In this document: positions 48,077 through 49,000 of the stretch, piece by piece
Layout of the letters: each line of letters begins with the position of its first letter
How positions within the stretch are numbered: position 1 is the stretch's first letter
Assembly: GCF_004010195.1 (NCBI RefSeq)
Contig: NW_025214686.1
Span: 1 to 49,000, forward strand
Direction of reading: 5' to 3'
DNA: 49,000 nucleotides
Origin: Chiloscyllium plagiosum
Taxonomy: Eukaryota
Position numbers and translations under genes: made by a program
The notes under the pieces: generated by a model
Seen by the model: only the letters and a program-made list of their open reading frames with translations
Told to the model about the DNA's origin: nothing
Databases searched by the model: none

Positions 48077-49000
48077 ATTAGGTCATTAGATTTCCTGTAG
48101 TGCTGCTCCAAACTTCAGGAGTTCATCTCCCAGGTCATCTACTGCCAGCTTATGTAAGGGTGATCCTACTGGGTTCTTTTGCTCTCATTTCTCTTGCAAC
48201 CCTAGCATCTCTCCCCCTGCCCACTGGTAACAGATGATACTGATAATTATCGATGCAATTTTTAACATACATATAACGTTGAACCCCTCGAATATGCGAC
48301 AGAGGAATGGAGGAGAGTTGGTTATGAAACAGGAAGCAGGCAGTTTGAATACAAAAAACGTAACAGAATGGGTATTTTTTTGGTAGGTGGAATAATACGC
48401 GACTAACCAAGACCCTGTCAATTATTGTTATGAAGATTCAGATGCAGTATCTTATTTTGCCAGAGTAACATCTGGGATATTAGTAGTACAATATGTACTC
48501 GAGAGGTTACTCTGGCTCATTCAGGCATGGGAGGTTTTGCTCGACGTACCTGATGCTCTGTTCTCAGTGGCCCATTGCTCTCAGCACACACGGTAAATTT
48601 TGGTGTGTTTGATTGGTGGTGGGGAGTCGTGACGGAGAGGAAATTTTGAACATCAATCAATGGGGTGGCTTTTTTTTTTGTGGAAACCATCCCGTCTTTG
48701 TACGTACAGACCCGAAGACAATGGGAATGACTGATTGCGTCTGAATGTAGAGACTGTGACTGCTGACAGGACAGTGTGTATTCACTAATATGGCGTACTG
48801 TACGTGGCCTCACTGCAACATTAATGAACAGAGATTTCGTTAAGTTTCTCTATCTATCCCCATTGACATGGTGAGATCGCACAGCCAGGTGCACCATCGG
48901 GAATCCCACTATACGTGGAAATCGAGAATACACCTGGTATCTCCCTGCTGAGGGAGGGAACATTATATTCACTTCATCCACTATATAACACCTCCATCAC

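Larger units (their letters stand above)
42039..48232. repeat. Large inverted duplication (arms 42039-44809 and 45462-48232, 652-bp centre)
   Basis: Mirrored coordinates sum to 90271; paired ORFs have identical translations; no mismatches in spot-checks. Confidence 0.97.

Noticed and set aside
42039-48232. DNA transposon or DIRS element with giant terminal inverted repeats
   Set aside because: Arms are decayed Gypsy plus flank, with no transposase or tyrosine recombinase and no TSD at the outer ends.

Overview
Repeat-rich vertebrate genomic DNA with four N-gaps. HE1-type SINEs and the CR1/Penelope families point to a shark or other elasmobranch (inference). Most of the window is decayed transposons: several CR1 LINEs (one nested in another), Penelope-like element (PLE) fragments, short hammerhead-ribozyme-bearing PLE-derived inserts (often palindromic, several with 13-17 bp target-site duplications), a full-length decayed Gmr1-like Gypsy LTR element (31789-37999; integrase before RT, SCAN-like gag) and a solo LTR. 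Host gene fragments: (i) a minus-strand Siglec-15-like Ig locus with an intact V-set exon whose essential Arg is His, a second V-set exon with a nonsense codon and a partial duplicate of that second exon; (ii) a plus-strand exon of a divergent ARHGEF4/ARHGEF9/SPATA13-family RhoGEF; (iii) a possible coiled-coil exon near 2 kb. The window ends in a 6.2-kb palindrome (42039-48232) centred on a Penelope RT insertion, followed abruptly by CpG-rich sequence unlike the rest; this may be an assembly artefact or a real fold-back inversion.
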